A stretch of DNA of 48,861 nucleotides, counting the filler, from Catajapyx aquilonaris (taxonomy: Eukaryota): NCBI GenBank assembly GCA_000934665.2. It is 2 parts of 2 records of this genome, joined end to end, with 100 filler letters (N's around TTAATTAATTAA, not from the genome) between each part and the next. Parts side by side here need not be neighbours in the genome. Positions count along the whole stretch, not along the records: positions 24,484 to 48,861 come from JYFJ02005526.1; 1 more part is not named here. One strand, 5' to 3'. Positions 33,801-47,794 of this stretch are shown here, piece by piece. The stretch's first letter is position 1, and each line of letters begins with the position of its first letter. Made by a program: the position numbers and the translations under genes. Below the pieces are notes generated by a model. It worked only from the letters and a program-made list of their open reading frames with translations. It searched no databases and was not told where the DNA came from.

Positions 33801-36800
33801 CGCCATTACAGTCGTAAGAAGGGTCCTCGCTCCTAATTGGCCAGGCAGACTGCTCCGAGCACTAGGCAGTGGCTGCGTGCCACCTGAGCCGCCTTTTGTA
33901 GCACCTGGTAGCTCACATTACCTCATTTTAAACCGGACCTTTAAAATTTTTTTAACTGACAGTTTATGTTTTCATAATTAATCAGAGGGATTGGGCAATC
34001 ATATAGAATTATCTTGGATTATTACGAAGGGTGTAAGCCGCCTTTAAAAAACCGTGTAGATGTCGCAATAGGATGACATCACCTTCTCGTGCACAGCATA
34101 TGAGGCGGTATATGGCTCTCTCAAGATGCAACTCAGGTTTGTAGGTCTCGGATGCTTCAGCCCCATTTGTGCATGAATCGAGAGCGAAAGCAATGGTGCC
34201 AGATCTAGTGAATTTCACCTGGGGGCGCTATTTTTAAACCCCCACCCAAACAGTGCAGAATCCAGTGGGGGAGAAAGGGTTAATAACAGTTTGACTCAAT
34301 AACGTAAAGTGGCAATGGTCTCAGGTCCTTATTGTAGAAGCAGGTACCTTCTATTAACAAATTACTAGTGTCTGCCTTTCAAACTTACAATTCTTGGACT
34401 CTGGTACGCGTTAACTTGACCTAACAGTTACAATCTTCTTCTGACGGCAGATAAATTATTATTTTTACTTGAATATGAGCAAGAATTGCGACGGTTTACT
34501 TTGTAAACATATTTGTGAACGGAAATATTTTCACTTCCTTATTGGCTGACAGTAGCAGGATTTATATCATTTCTCGTCTGTTAAGGAACATTTAGTGGTC
34601 CTAAAGTCAAGAAGAAATGTAGTGACTTGAGATGGAATCGTAAAATGTAAATTCTATGGTCAGGAAGTGCAAATCATTCTAAAAGGGCACTGGGTGTGCC
34701 TAACTAAATTTACAGAAAGCACATGTGCGGCCTAGGTTAGTGCCAAGAGAAGATAGGGATACTTGCTCTCAGCATCTGCCAATAATGCTTTTGTCATTTT
34801 GGACCGTTGAAGAGCTTTTGAATGCATTTTGTTGCACTGGGGTGTCCATTAAGCTGAAGTCCTTTTAAAATATTGCAAATATGTTTGGTCTCATGTGTAG
34901 TTGCAGATGATGAAAACAAAAACTTGATCAACTAGTTGAAGTTTGATTATCATGTACCAAATAATAATAAAACATGACTGGGCATTTTTGTTTGAATATG
35001 GCTAGTGTTCAAGTTCAGGTGCAGCTGAAGGTGTGAGAAGCACAAAACATTATGATGATAAGTGGTAGTGGGAGGAGCAGCTAGGGTGGTGTTAGGTGGT
35101 GGGGGCAGGCAAGTTGGCAATGGGAGGCAAGGAACGCAGGGCGCCAAATTTAGCCACCCGGCGGTTATTGGCTCCTTGCCTGAGAGACGTTGGTGGTGCA
35201 CAAGAGAAGAGGAAAGAGCCAGGATTCCACAGCCAGCAAACCCAAGTCCCCAAAAATTTTCTTGTCCAAACCTTGCTGTCTCTCAGCATGAGAAGGTGGC
35301 CCTATCTTTAGTGCGGTGTTGGTGTGGAGCTTAGTGCTGGACAGTGATGTTGTGCCGGCTAGGGACTTTTTAAATGCATACTTGAAGGAGGAAGTCCAGG
35401 GCTCAAGGAAAGGGAGTGTAATTTTGGGGTTTTGAAGGCCAGGGTGATCATCACTGGAAAAGTAATTGGGAATTATAGTGCAGCCTTTTTGGGACACTGT
35501 GGAGCACTTGTGCCACCTTTTGGAGTGGTGAATGCATACCCAGGATCAGTACCTAGTGTTCACTGAAATGTCATCTGATTTGCAGTGGCATTAATCTTAA
35601 ACTCTGTTTTGTTTAAGTGCTAGATGTACTTTAAAATAATGGTGATGATGATGGACATGAGACTCAAGTTTGGGCAAGCTGGATTTTATCAATGCAAGAG
35701 GGAGGAAGAGATAATTACATTGGCAATAATTTTTTGCTCAAAATAGTTCAATGCATACAGCAATTAGTGCACATGACTCGGCATTTGCAAGTTCATGCCT
35801 CCAGTGTTGAATATGTGTTTTGAACACCAGGTACCTTGGCTCAAGAATGGCATTAGAGCTGCCAAGGAAGAGGCGGGAAGGTCATGTTATTTTCCTCGCA
35901 GGTTATATTGCTGTGGCAGATTGAGTCTTGCATTATATTTATTTCTGCAAGAGTAGTTTGGCCTCCCACAAGTACACTTGAGGTGACATGATGCTGAAAG
36001 TTTTTGACTTCACTGCAGTCTTTGGATGGAACCCTGCAGGCAGGTGCAGAAAGGGCTTTACAACTTCCTGTTGTAAATGGCTGGGATGGAACAGGGAGCA
36101 AAGGAATAAATGGCATTAATAGAGTCTCTGTGAAGTTATCCGTCAATGAGCATGTAATACTAGACCAACTAGAAATATTAATCCTATGGCCATCTATTAT
36201 AAATGAGCATTGCCATTTTTTTCCACTGTGCTTGTTTTCATAGTACCCTTCACAGGCCAAGGGATTTTCTGTTTTAAAATAACACACTTTTACTAAGTTC
36301 TGCAGCATCTTCTGTACCTCACGATCCTTGTAAGCACGATGTCAGTGTTATTAATTGCTCTGACAGGTTTTGGATGTTGTTCTAGAGATGCACTGCCAAT
36401 AGCTGGGTGAGCCTTCTGGTGTTTTGGCACCCACCAAGGGCATTTGGATTATGGTACAATGTGTTGCCAGGTCCTACATAGGCTGCAAAACTATTGCATT
36501 ACATTAGGGTAATTGTGTCAATGAGGCATACTCCCGGGAATGAAAGATCAGTTGTTGAATTTGGAATTACTCCTTGAGATTTGGGCTTATTTCAGTATGC
36601 CTCGCACTTATGCAGTGTTACATTTGTGTTACCATTTTGAAGACCAAGTTTGAATGACTCCTTTTTCTGATCAGGATTTGTACATCATGAGGAAGGTTGC
36701 TGATATAACACAGGGAATGCATCCACTTGTGAAAGTGTTTGATGTCTAGTGGTGCAATTTAGTTCAGTGTTGTGACACATGACGGCCATGTATAGTACAC

Positions 36801-39800
36801 CTGCAATGTCTCAAGAATGGTCAGTGCATGCCCAGCTGACCCTATCCCATAGCACTCCCACAACTGTCCAACCTGTGACACAAACATTTACAACTCAGGC
36901 TGGAACTCCTACTAGTGGAGCAAAACCTAAAGTACCAGAAATGTATACCACTAGCAGTACCTCTGGCCCTCGAGATGAATCATGTCGCATAACGGGATTT
37001 GGTGACGGTGGTGTTCACATGGAGTATTCATGGAAAGGAGGGAATGGAGAGGATCCTCAAGAAGAACAGCCAAGAGAGGTTAGGTTGGGGCCAATTCCAT
37101 TGAGGAATGTTGCACCAACTTATGCCAGTGAGTTGAGATCACCTGTTGGAGGTGCTCCTGTTGGAGGGCTAACCATATCAGGAGTTGGACATCCGCAAGG
37201 AACACCTGCATCCTCATCTTTCCAGTTTCATCGAGGGAACATAACTTTTATGGCTGTGGATCCCAGAGCCTCACAAGCCCATGCCACAGACTCAGGGCCA
37301 ACGGCAGAGCAATTTGAAGGCACTGGTAATCGTAGGAGTCGATCATTTCAAGCACCAAACACAGCACAGAGGCATGTGCCCACTCGTAGTGACAGCGCTA
37401 GTCTGCCAACCAGACCAACTAAGTGGGAACCAAGCAGTGGCACTAAGGACCAGTGGTATTCCACAATGCCGCCAAGGAGGACACCACAACCATACGACAG
37501 GAGGTGCAAAAGTACCTGCAGTATTATCTTAACAAATAACACCGGCACAGGTGATCTGGCAGAAGACTTCCCTGCCCGTCACTCTCCGGTCAGAAAGAAC
37601 TCTGTTGGTAATCCAGTAACACAAAGACCACCTGCATCATTTTTTCCTGGATGTGAAATATGTGAAGAGTGCAGTGGATTAGCAAGGCACAGCTTTGCTG
37701 AAGGAGATTTCTCACCAAGATACACCACCCACTTCTGCACTCATGTGCGTGGGAAGCTGAATGGGTTTGCAGCTGCAGGAAAGCCTGCACCATTGTCCAG
37801 GGAAGTGAAGGATGCTGAGGCACAAACAACAGACATTGAGAAGTCAGCATCATCTGTGTCTAACATGAACCAGTTGACTCGGAAAGCAGCTGTGATATCC
37901 AAGTCTGGGAAGATTGATACCTCTGGTTATAAATCAACTGTTGCAAGCAGAGAGATAGTTGATTCTGAGGATAAATCCAAGGGTGCAAAGGTAATTTCTT
38001 GCTGGCTACTTGGCATGTGCAGAAATTCTAATAAAATTTGCTGTTGCTGAAATGACTAACATTATATTTGTCAAATGAATTGGGTGTCTTGACTTCAATT
38101 TCTTTGTTCTCAGCCACGGAGAAAGGTGACAAGGTCTCCAGCAAGAGTGAGGGGACGGTCACCTTTGTTGCCAAAGCATCATCCACGCACCATCCACATT
38201 GATGTTTATTGTACTGGTTCTGATGCAGATGCCAGTGTTTCAGGTGATACAGACAGCTCATCATCATCAGAGAGTGATGCTGTGTCATCTCCACAAACTG
38301 TATTTGAGTCAGAACAGTACAAAGTTACACATACACAAAAAAAGAAGCAGTTGCCTGTGGCACTCCAATACAAAGGCAGTGAAAAACCATCTGGCAAGCC
38401 TATTGCTGAAAAGAGTGACAGTTTTCAGTTTTCCAAGGGACCTCCTGTGGAAAAGGAAGATCTAGATTATGGAGTGTGGCAACGGGAAAGTCATGGGGAC
38501 TTGAGTACTTGCAGTTCTACTTACGCTAGGAGTTCGTTTGACACAATTCGTAACTTCTTGGAATCAGGCTTTGATACTGGGCCTGTTCGAGACACCTCGC
38601 TCTCAGCTATTTCCACATCCACTTTCTTAAGTGAAGCTAGAGGAATGGATGACTGTGAATCAACTACCTCTTGGAAGGACACAGATTTGGAGTCATTAGT
38701 TAGGAGTAGTGCAAGTTTGGCTCAGAGTGACAGCTTTGATTATGAAGACTGGTTTGACAAAATGCGGATTGTAGAGAAAGAGAAAAAGTGGCAGGGTTCC
38801 AAAACATGGCGTTCACCACAATTAGAAAGGAAGCAGTACTTGAAGAAGCAGGATGAGGAACCTGATTTGGATGACGACGACGATGATGGTGATGGGGCCA
38901 ATGTGGAAAGAAAGGAAGCATCAATTTCTCACCAAACTAACGTCAAGAGGGAGGAAAGAATAATCCCAGCATCTGGTGCTAGACTGAAAACCAGCATTCC
39001 TAGTGATGAAAAGAAGATGCAGTCATCCAGTGCAAAAGAAAGACAAGGTCCCCTACAAAGAGTGCATCCAGAATGTGACTCGGGGAGTCTCAGTGATTCA
39101 GGTGGCTCACCCCTATTAAAGAAACTGTCACAACACATCCGCCCTGAGGCTGCTTTGTTGATTTCAGGAAAAGCTGAATCGAGTGTTAATGCTCCATTTT
39201 GTATTGAACCTGGAGTCACTACTGACCAGTTTACCAAAGCTTCCATATTTGGAAATATTGTTGCTGCCTTTCGGAAACCAGGTCATCACATAGGACCTTC
39301 AAAAAATCCACATTGCAGTTGTGAACACTGCCGAAGTTTTTTTGATGGCGAAAAATACCGTGAAAGGACAAAATCTGTTGGTGACCTCCCTAACACAAGT
39401 CGAAAGCGGTTGTTACTTGCAGTGCGCAAAATCACTTCCCCTTTACCCCTCACATCTGGTGAACCAGGCGTTTTGTGTGCTAGTGAACAGAGCAGTTTAG
39501 GTGATGTGATTAAAGACTACGATAAAATTAGTGGCATGGAGAGTAGCAGGGAATTGGACCAAGGTGAAGAAGCAACAGACTTTGTCAGCCATGTAGGTAA
39601 GCCAGTGTTGACACATTGCTATGAAGCTCAGTGGAAAACAGAAAGGTTTGAATGCTGAAAAATGTGTAATCAGGCATGGGTTTTGAGTACATGAAGGCAT
39701 ATTCAATGTATCACGTGGCATTTCATAATATTTAAAAATATTTTTCTAGGCCCACGCAAACCTCTGTGAATCAAGCCAAAAATTGGACCTCATCCGCTAC

Positions 39801-42800
39801 TCCCTTGATTTGAGGCGACAGGAGCTCCCATGTGATTCTCCAAAAGTGGCAGAGCTGAAGCAGGAACTGGAGTCAGCCCAAGCAACTAGCCCTAGTCCAG
39901 TCACTTACACCAGCTTACAACCTTTTCGGCGGAAAGATGAATCTAAGCCGTCTTCCTCCTATACCTCTTCATCCCTTAGCAAATGTGCTGCCGTTACCGG
40001 AAAGCTTGAAGTCCGGTGAGTTTTATCTTGCTACTTCAATGGCAATATGCATTGTCACACTGTCAAGGTCCAATTGTTGCAAAATCATGAGTCAGGAAGT
40101 CATTTGCATGTGAGAGCCTGTTAAAGATGATGTTAACCTGTCTTTGACGTTACTCGCATGCTGAAAGGAAACATCACACTGTCTACATGGTAGGTTAATG
40201 GGGTGCCAAGACCTCCTGGAAGACGTTCCAGGGCGCTCACGGAGAGACAACACCCATGCCATATCCAGCCCAGGGGACCTCAAGTCTTTTGTCAAAGGCG
40301 TCACGGGGCGAAGCTCGAGTAAAACCTACAACATTAAGGATGAGACAAGCAGTAAGTAGCACTTGTTATTGTCTTCTTGCATTGGAAATCACAGGAATTG
40401 GGTTCATTTTCCTTGCTACACTACATGATGCTTGCTTGAATGAGTATTTGGATTAGCGCTGGTGTTGCTGGAGTGCAGTTACTGGTTGCAAACTCGCAGT
40501 ATGTAGCGGGATTCCAGTGCAGTCCAGGTTTAATGCTGACCGTTGATCTAAGGGTGCCGCTTAAAACTTACTTGAAGTTTGTTCAATGCGCTAACATGCA
40601 TGGAACAATGTTGTTGTCAAGGTTTAAGCACACTATTTTGAGGTATTTTGGCACCTTTCTAACCACATCAAAGGACTTTGCATGCCAGTTCTGCTAAAGT
40701 CCATATCACCATAATGTCCTTGACAGGAGTAAATTGCCAGGTATGGTCTGGAAAGGTGATGTTTGGTCCAGATGAAGCGCACTTGAGTTACACTTGGTCT
40801 CAGACTAGAAACCAAGCTTGGGATTGATGAATGCTTCTCTATATTTCATTTTGGTTTGAAGGATCTGCACAGTTGGGACTTGGTGCAGGATGTCTAAAGT
40901 CAGGTGATGAGAAATCTAATGGACTGCGACGTAAGTTTGCTTCATTTTCCACGTGTGTAATTAGCTTTTTAATTTTTCATGTATATATTTTGTCCAATAC
41001 TAGCTTTACTTGCTTTCACTGCATTGCACTGAAAGAGCATAGATAAAGCTGATTACCTTGACTTAATTTGCATCAGCACGTGCTTTTGGGTTTTTCTTTT
41101 TTTTATTGCATCTTGAACTGCACTTAATCTTGAACAAGTTCATAGTCTACTGCAAGGGGCAATTACCATGATCACAGTTATTTTGGTGGCAGTGGTGGTG
41201 GTACCTATGCAGGACAAAGTGTAATAGTTGAGTGTATTTGTTGTGCTGTAACCACTTCAAAGCAACAATATTATGTGTCTGCCACATGTGCTCTAATTTT
41301 ATTTTCTTCTTATTTGCTTTGCAGATGAAATAATGGCAGTCCTTAAGCTTGACAATCAGACAGTTGCTCAAACCAACTGGAGACCATGCTCACAGCAAGC
41401 ATGGGATCAAAGGTAACATTTCTGCAAACTAATTATGGTGTTTCCCAGTTTGATAAAATCATAAGGTATGGCATAGGGAAACTAGATGATAGCATTTTTT
41501 GATGTCTTCTCACATTTGACTGCACCTCAAGTATTCAGGTGGAAAAAAGTAACGGAAGTGACCAATAAATGCACTTGACACAAATGATCGAACAGATGTC
41601 GTCAATAATGTATTGAATTTTCTCTATTTTCTTATATATTTCTCAAAGATAATGTGATAATTGCAAGTGCATCAAGACTTTCAAGACATTGTATTTAAAA
41701 CCTTAATTAACAGTAAAAACATTTTTGTCATTTATTAGCATTACTTAGAAAATGCAGTGGACTCTGGATATAACAGACTTCTGTTTTAGCAGACTGATTT
41801 TCGCAATCTCTGGAAGTCTGTTATATCTGGAGTCATCAGTTACGTTAATCTGAATTTCTCCTGAAAACATGAACATGAATAGGTGTGGTCTAAAATAATC
41901 ACAAAATTGCTCCTCCAGTGTAGATCACATATCAGTTGTAACATTACTTCTAAACACATTCAGCGCACAGGGTTTCACGTCACTGCAGCACCCCCCAAAG
42001 AGCTTGTCTTTTTCATGTTGCGTCAGTTACATTACATTAATATTTTACAGAGTACATTCAAGTTACTGTTGCGAAATAATAAAACTATGGCAGTAAGCTA
42101 CCAGGAGGCAGCCACATGGGAATAATTTTAAATTCCTTTTCCATTAACATTTGCCATTGTAATAAATATAAGTACAGCATGAATCCTGTCCAGGTGTTGC
42201 GTCAGTTATGGTGGAATTGCCCTTTACTAAAAAGTGAAACTGTATTGCAAAACAGGCTTCTTGAAGTCGAGGAAAGTGATCAGAATGTTGTGTATTAGGA
42301 ATTCTTTGAAGTTTATAATGGCCAGGAAAGGCAGTAGTATCTGGCATTCAATTTTATTTCAATTTTTATGACATTGCTAGCTGACTATATTTTTTGGGTC
42401 ACACATTGTTCACTAAAACTGACATTTGATGAACTTGGTTGTACAATAGAGTAAGTACCATTTTATGCCTCTTCATTTCATTCCATTTCACATTAGCACC
42501 AGGTTGAAAATTAGCCTACATTTACAAAAAATGTAATAAAAAAATTATTAAAAAATTGAAGATAACTACGCATTGCAAAACATCATTGCAAAACTTCTGA
42601 GTCCAAACATACAACCATAAATGCTCTTTTTTTGGTTTTTCATGGTGTCTTGTGGCGGGGTCTATCAATAAACATAGCACTGTAATGTTGGTATTAGTGA
42701 AACTAGCAAAATGTGTGTCCTACCTTACTTAGCAATATCCTTTCATGTAATGAGTTGTTCATAGTTTATCTTGTGGTGTTGCCATATTAGTTGAATGCTG

Positions 42801-45800
42801 GTGTATTGCAACATACAAGAACAGATGTTCAGACCTTGAGGATACATTTTTGTTCTGCAGATTCAGTGTGGAATTAGACCGGTCGAGAGAACTAGAGATC
42901 GACGTATACTGGAGAGATTGGCGCTCTCTATGTGCTGTCAAATTCCTGCGGCTTGAAGATTTTATTGACGATGTGCGGCATGGAATGGCCCTTGAGCTGG
43001 AGCCACAAGGACTTTTGTTTGCTGAAGTGAGTTAAACCAAGTGATCATTTTATAAGGTGGTGGATTGCCCAAGTTGACAGTCCAAGAGGCAGGTTGGTGG
43101 AAGGTCAGAATGTTATGGATTACTCACTCCAGTTGTGACTGGCAATGTTAACAGAGTTTTTGTGAGTTTGGAGCATTTTTTGATGTCCTGGGTGATTTTT
43201 GCAAGTTGGTAGGAAACCTGATGGTAAGCAGTAAGTGTGATCTATCACAAGCCATTTACAAAAGTATAATGCTTGCAAAGATTTATCCAGCCCTCCGCAA
43301 CTCCCTATCTAGCCTTATATGGGGAAGGCCGTGCACTTTTGAGTCCCCTATCCCCAGATGTGGAGCACTGTACCAAATCGCATTTGGGTGGACGACATCT
43401 GAATCGTTCTGATCCTACCTAAATTGTCAACTCCCATTCAGTTCCTGTTTGCAGTTCCATGCACCAGCCACCCGAATGCGATTTGGAACATTCCAAATCG
43501 CATTCGGGTGGCTGGTACAGTTGATCTGTGGATGGAGGCTGAATGGGAATTGAAAATTTAGGTAGGTTCAGAACGGTTCATAAGTCGTCTGCCCGAATGC
43601 GATTTGGTACAGTTCTCCACATCCGGGGATAGGGGAGTTTCAGGGGACTGGATTCATCACATGTTTGGCACCCTAAACATGCTACCTTTTGTTCGGGGGG
43701 CCAAAACAGAGTGCTCACAAATGATTTGATTTTCACACCAAGTTTTAAAAAAATAGTTGCAAACAGAAAGGACCATTGGCTATATTCAGTCCTTCCATAG
43801 GCGTGCATAAATATTTACTGTTGGAAAGAAAGGCCCAAATACACACAGAGTATGTGTAACACACACACACACACACATTGGCTTAAATTTTCAATTTTCA
43901 TGTTATGCACATCATAAGAAAATATTTTTTTAACTTTTGGAATCACACCTCTGTAATAGTCTTGATTGGGATATGTTCTCTTTCAGATCAAGTTCTTGAA
44001 TCCTATGATTACCAGAAAGCCAAAGCTCCAACGTCAGCGCAAGATATTTAAGCAGCAAGGAAAGAACTTCCCTCGACCCACTCAGATGAACATCAATGTG
44101 GCAACTTGGGGCCGTCTCATCAAGCGATCAATTCCTGCTATGCAACAATGCCAGGATCCACCAAGTGTTGCCAATCCACCACAAAGTAAGACTTAATTAG
44201 CTTAAAATATTGCAATTTTTAATACTTCCACACCTCCTCCAAATATCTATAATTTTAAAATCCTATTCAAAGTGTTTGACCAATCCCTCTGATTGGCCTG
44301 CCACATATTGTTGCTGCCACCTTCCGATTGGCCCCCATTTATTGTTATCTCGACGTATTGTTACTATGACACCTCCGATTGGCCCCCGTTCTGAGCATGC
44401 GTAATGCGGGGGAGTAACCCCTCAGTTGGCAGCTAACTGCTGATGAGTTAACAACACAGTTCATCTTTCCCATCACTTCAATCCTTTCCCCTGTTCCATC
44501 CACACTTGTTCCCCATCTACCCATGCAGTGTTCTAATCACGGTGACCTCACAACAGGGGAGTAGGAGTGAGGGGAGGGGGCGGGAGGAGGAAGGAATGGA
44601 ACGCCATAAACAAACTGAACATACAGGCTACCTGTTGTTCATCAGTGGTGCCAACTCCAAGGCCATTTATAAACAAAGTAAAATAATTTCAGTTTTTAAA
44701 ACTGGCATCCCCTTGCCGGAAGAGTGGGTAAGCAGGATTGGGTGCATTATTTTCAACACTGAACCCGGGGATAGGCTGAGCACGTCAAAAGAACGGATTG
44801 GGAAGAATGAAACAGTCAGATTTTGATCATCTAATACAAACACTGCGGAGTTCCATGGAAGTTTATAATGAAGGGGAGTTATGAACAGCTAGAAAAACGT
44901 GGTTGGAAAGTGCAAGATAATTTAAGTGTTTTAAAGTGCTGATAATTTAGATACATATGCGAGTGCATGCCCGTAGATGCGGTAGAGGTTGTGACTTTCC
45001 GTTCATACAATAATTGGGGTAAAACAAAATTCAAAAGGTATGGGTATGTTGGGGTGGGCATATGCACATTTCCCAGCCAATGCAAAGGTGGGATTTCAGA
45101 TGTGTGAATGCACGGAGGAACAGGTGGGGGTGGGGAGTACATATGACTGGGGGATGGGCATCATAAATCTCTATAAGGGCCGGTTGTATCAACGCCTGTT
45201 AAATTATGAGAAAATCAGAGGTTTTCAGAAACTCTGACATGCGTTGTATCAACACATCTCTGGTTAACTTAACCTGTGGTTTGAAAACTCGCGTGATTAC
45301 CTCGGGCCATTCCAAATCCATCCACTGCGGTAGCCCAGTCATTGGCTGGAAATGTCATGCGACGTGTACGTCACACAACCAAATGTCATGGGACCCAGCA
45401 AACATTGTGGCCCTCCTAGAGAGCCGCCATCATTAATTCGAAGTGAATGTTTTTCTAATCAGGGATCTATGCCTAATAAGCTTGTTCTGTTCGACCTCAC
45501 TCTTGTGAGATGTAGAAACATAATCACCTCCTGTGTGTGGCACCTCCCTACCCCCGCCTCCTCTGCAGCCACTAGATGGGGTTGTTGGCAAGTTGGGATG
45601 TCACTGGTAGATGGTATGGATGCAGTGAGTGTTGGGAGGCAAATCTAGGGTGTAAGCATTCCTGTATCAGCTGTAGTTCAGGCTACCCAGAATAGGCTAC
45701 TATAATACCCACACCACCCTGAATAAACAGGTTGTTTGCCAATTTATTAGTTCTGACTTCCTAGGTCATCATCTCCTAACCCTGCAGGGTCACTTGGGGT

Positions 45801-47054
45801 CATGATCATGCTCCTAGTAGACACTGGTTACAGACAACCTGTTTATTTAGACTACCCTCAACTAAGGCTACCACAATACTATTTTCACAGCTTGAAACCT
45901 CCCCCAGGTCCACCTCCCAATACCCCCACATCCATGCCAACTACTGATGAAACTCCCTGCTAATTCGGTGAAACTCCCATCCAGTGGATGTGGCAGGTTT
46001 CACACTTGATAGTCCTCTGTGATATTCATCTTCTGGTGGTCATGCCTTGACATATTATTGTGCTTATAGTTATGTCCATCCTGTCATACTAATCTCATAG
46101 AAGCATTCCATACTTATTGTTGCACCCTGTTATATTATTAGCCCCGTAAGGCATGACTCTGTTTTAGGGACAAAAGGGAATAATCTGTGGCATATAGTGG
46201 TGATGTAAATCAAGTTTACAAGCAGGGGCTTTTAATTGTAAGACAATTAGTGGGTGATTGATTGATTGAGTGGGAAGAAGCCAAAGCAACAAAGACTCAA
46301 AGCTATAGGAGCATGAGGCAGAGAACGAAGATGAGAAAGATGACGCTTCTCTTGCTCTGACTCCTACCTGTGAAGACCTGTCTGGCTTGGGAGACTTGAC
46401 TAGTAGTCAAAGTTTAGCATGGGGAGACAGAACAGCCCTCTGCTCTGCCATCCTAAGGAAAAAAGCCCTATCTACAAAACCAGTAAGGACAAAAGTCATA
46501 TTTATGCTCTGCATCCATTGCCCTTGGGCCAGGGGGGAGGGGGGGGGAGGGTGCAGGGTCTGCATGAGACTTTCATCCTTACCAGTTTTGTAGGCAGGGC
46601 CTTTTCCTTGGGATGGAAGTGCTGGTACTGCCACATTGATGTGGTTGGGGGCCTTGTGTGCTCTGATGACCCTGAGAGATACTCTGGCAATAGCTTTGAT
46701 TGTAGGAAAATGAATATTAAAAGGCAGATCCCATCCACCACCACATCTGAATTCGACCCACAACAATGCTGTACAGGAAATAAGTTGTGAAACTATTTGT
46801 TATCACTGAAAATTAACTTGATGACCCACATTGTTTCAGGTACAATATCCCGACCACTGAAGCTGGAATTTGAGTCACCTCTCCCTGAGAAATTGGAAGC
46901 CACAGGGAAAAGGTCAGATGTGCAAGGATTGGGATTGGCTGGCATGCGACCACTTGGACTGCATCAACCTACTACACCACCCACCCCTCCCAACAAGCAA
47001 GCACCTCTTGCCTTCCCACCATCAGCTTCATCGCCAATGTGTGTGGAGATCCAG
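29046..47054 (+). CDS. Pkn: Serine/threonine protein kinase N (PKN/PRK), partial: nine internal exons encoding HR1b, HR1c, C2-like domain and linker
   Basis: Phase-compatible exons 29046-29155 ([10 protein letters not shown]), 31341-~31533 ([21 protein letters not shown]), 31607-31764 ([19 protein letters not shown]), 39750-40015 ([15 protein letters not shown]), 40194-40351 ([14 protein letters not shown]), 41325-41412 (AVLKLDN..WDQR), 42861-43026 ([30 protein letters not shown]), 43987-44185 ([21 protein letters not shown]), 46840-47054. Confidence 0.93.
29349..29528. mobile_element. Tc1/mariner(pogo)-type MITE with TA target duplication
   Basis: TA-cagttgaatcaggatataa ... ttatatcctgattcaactg-TA (19-bp TIR); internal tataacagac repeats; a degenerate relative lies at about 41756-41836. 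Confidence 0.8.
30026..30528. mobile_element. Foldback/MITE with about 200-bp inverted arms and a Tc1-like right end
   Basis: 30026-30232 pairs with about 30285-30472; ends caccctgta at about 30518-30526. Confidence 0.65.
30798..30871. repeat. (ATT)n microsatellite
   Basis: About 24 uninterrupted units. Confidence 0.95.
31863..32094. mobile_element. Small MITE with CAGG..CCTG ends and a 7-8 bp target duplication
   Basis: Flanked by atatcag at 31856-31862 and 32095-32101; internal tgcactcca/tggagtgca hairpins. Confidence 0.55.
36779..39658 (+). CDS. Two-exon uncharacterised S/T/P-rich ORF (about 918 aa) inside a PKN intron; nested gene or alternative PKN 5' region
   Basis: Exon A 36779-37990 ends AAG|GTAATT. 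The acceptor ttctcag|CCA at 38114 continues in phase 0 to TGA at 39658. Open frames of 1.2 and 1.5 kb in AT-rich intron sequence. Confidence 0.8.
43345..43635. mobile_element. Nested foldback element
   Basis: Arms cccctatcccc..ccattcag and ctgaatggg..ggggatagggg; inner hairpin accagccacccgaatgcgatttggaa/ttccaaatcgcattcgggtggctggt. Confidence 0.7.
43859..43877. repeat. (AC)n microsatellite
   Basis: acacacacacacacacaca. Confidence 0.85.
46454..46610. repeat. Short imperfect inverted repeat (MITE-like)
   Basis: aaggaaaaaagccctatctacaaaaccagtaagga versus tccttaccagttttgtaggcagggccttttcctt. Confidence 0.5.
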
Positions 47055-47475
47055 GTAGGACTCCTGTTTATAATTCTATGTGGTGCCTTTCCAGTCATGG
47101 AAAAGGTGGTTATATAGGTTCTCAATGTGTGGCATCCAGAGAGCCTTAACATATTACTGTAGTAAATTTTGTCAGAGGAGAACAAGAATTTCTTTCTATT
47201 GCGGTGTTGCAAGCAGGACATGGTAACCGACACTGTGTCATTTGGCTGGGAGTCACAGGCAGTTCACTTTGTCTTCATAAAAATAGTCCACATAGTACAG
47301 TGCTGGACATTAATGGCGTAAAGGTGGCGCCACCAGCCACTGGGGGCAAAAGAGCGAATCGATGTGATGTATTGGTTGCTATTTCATTACTTCGATTCAC
47401 TCGTTTGCCACCAGTATGTCCACCATTGATGTCCAGCACCACTGTCCTCAAATGTGCTTGAAAGACATTAGAGGC

Positions 47476-47794
47476 CTTTTTTTATTATTATTATTTTTTT
47501 TTTTGGTAATGCCCCTTGCCACCCCTTATGGGGTATTCGGAGCCATGTTAGAAGCGCCCGGGCCTACGGGCAGGGGGACTGGGAGGGGATGTGCTAGGTG
47601 CAGTGCATCGACTAGTAAGGTCATTTTGTGAGATCCCCTGGGTGGCTTAGTTTGTCGGAAATACCACCCGAAACGAAGCCAGAGATGACCCGAGAACTCT
47701 GCACGAGATGAATGGGGTATCCCTGGGTTGGGTTCGAACCCAGGACCTTAACATCCTTGGGCGCGTACATTACCGCAGCGCCACTCCATCTCCA
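47476..47794 (-). mobile_element. tRNA-derived SINE with A-rich tail and target-site duplication
   Basis: Minus strand: A-box TGGCGCTGCGG, B-box GGTTCGAACCC; (A)n/(TAA)n tail at about 47477-47504; attagaggc flanks both ends (47467-47475, 47795-47803). Confidence 0.8.

Noticed and set aside
33680..34285. piggyBac-like end (..gagaaagggTTAA)
   Set aside because: No matching opposite TIR or transposase found in the window.
34950..36310. Short ORFs in the large PKN intron
   Set aside because: Short, overlapping on both strands, with no motifs or splice support.
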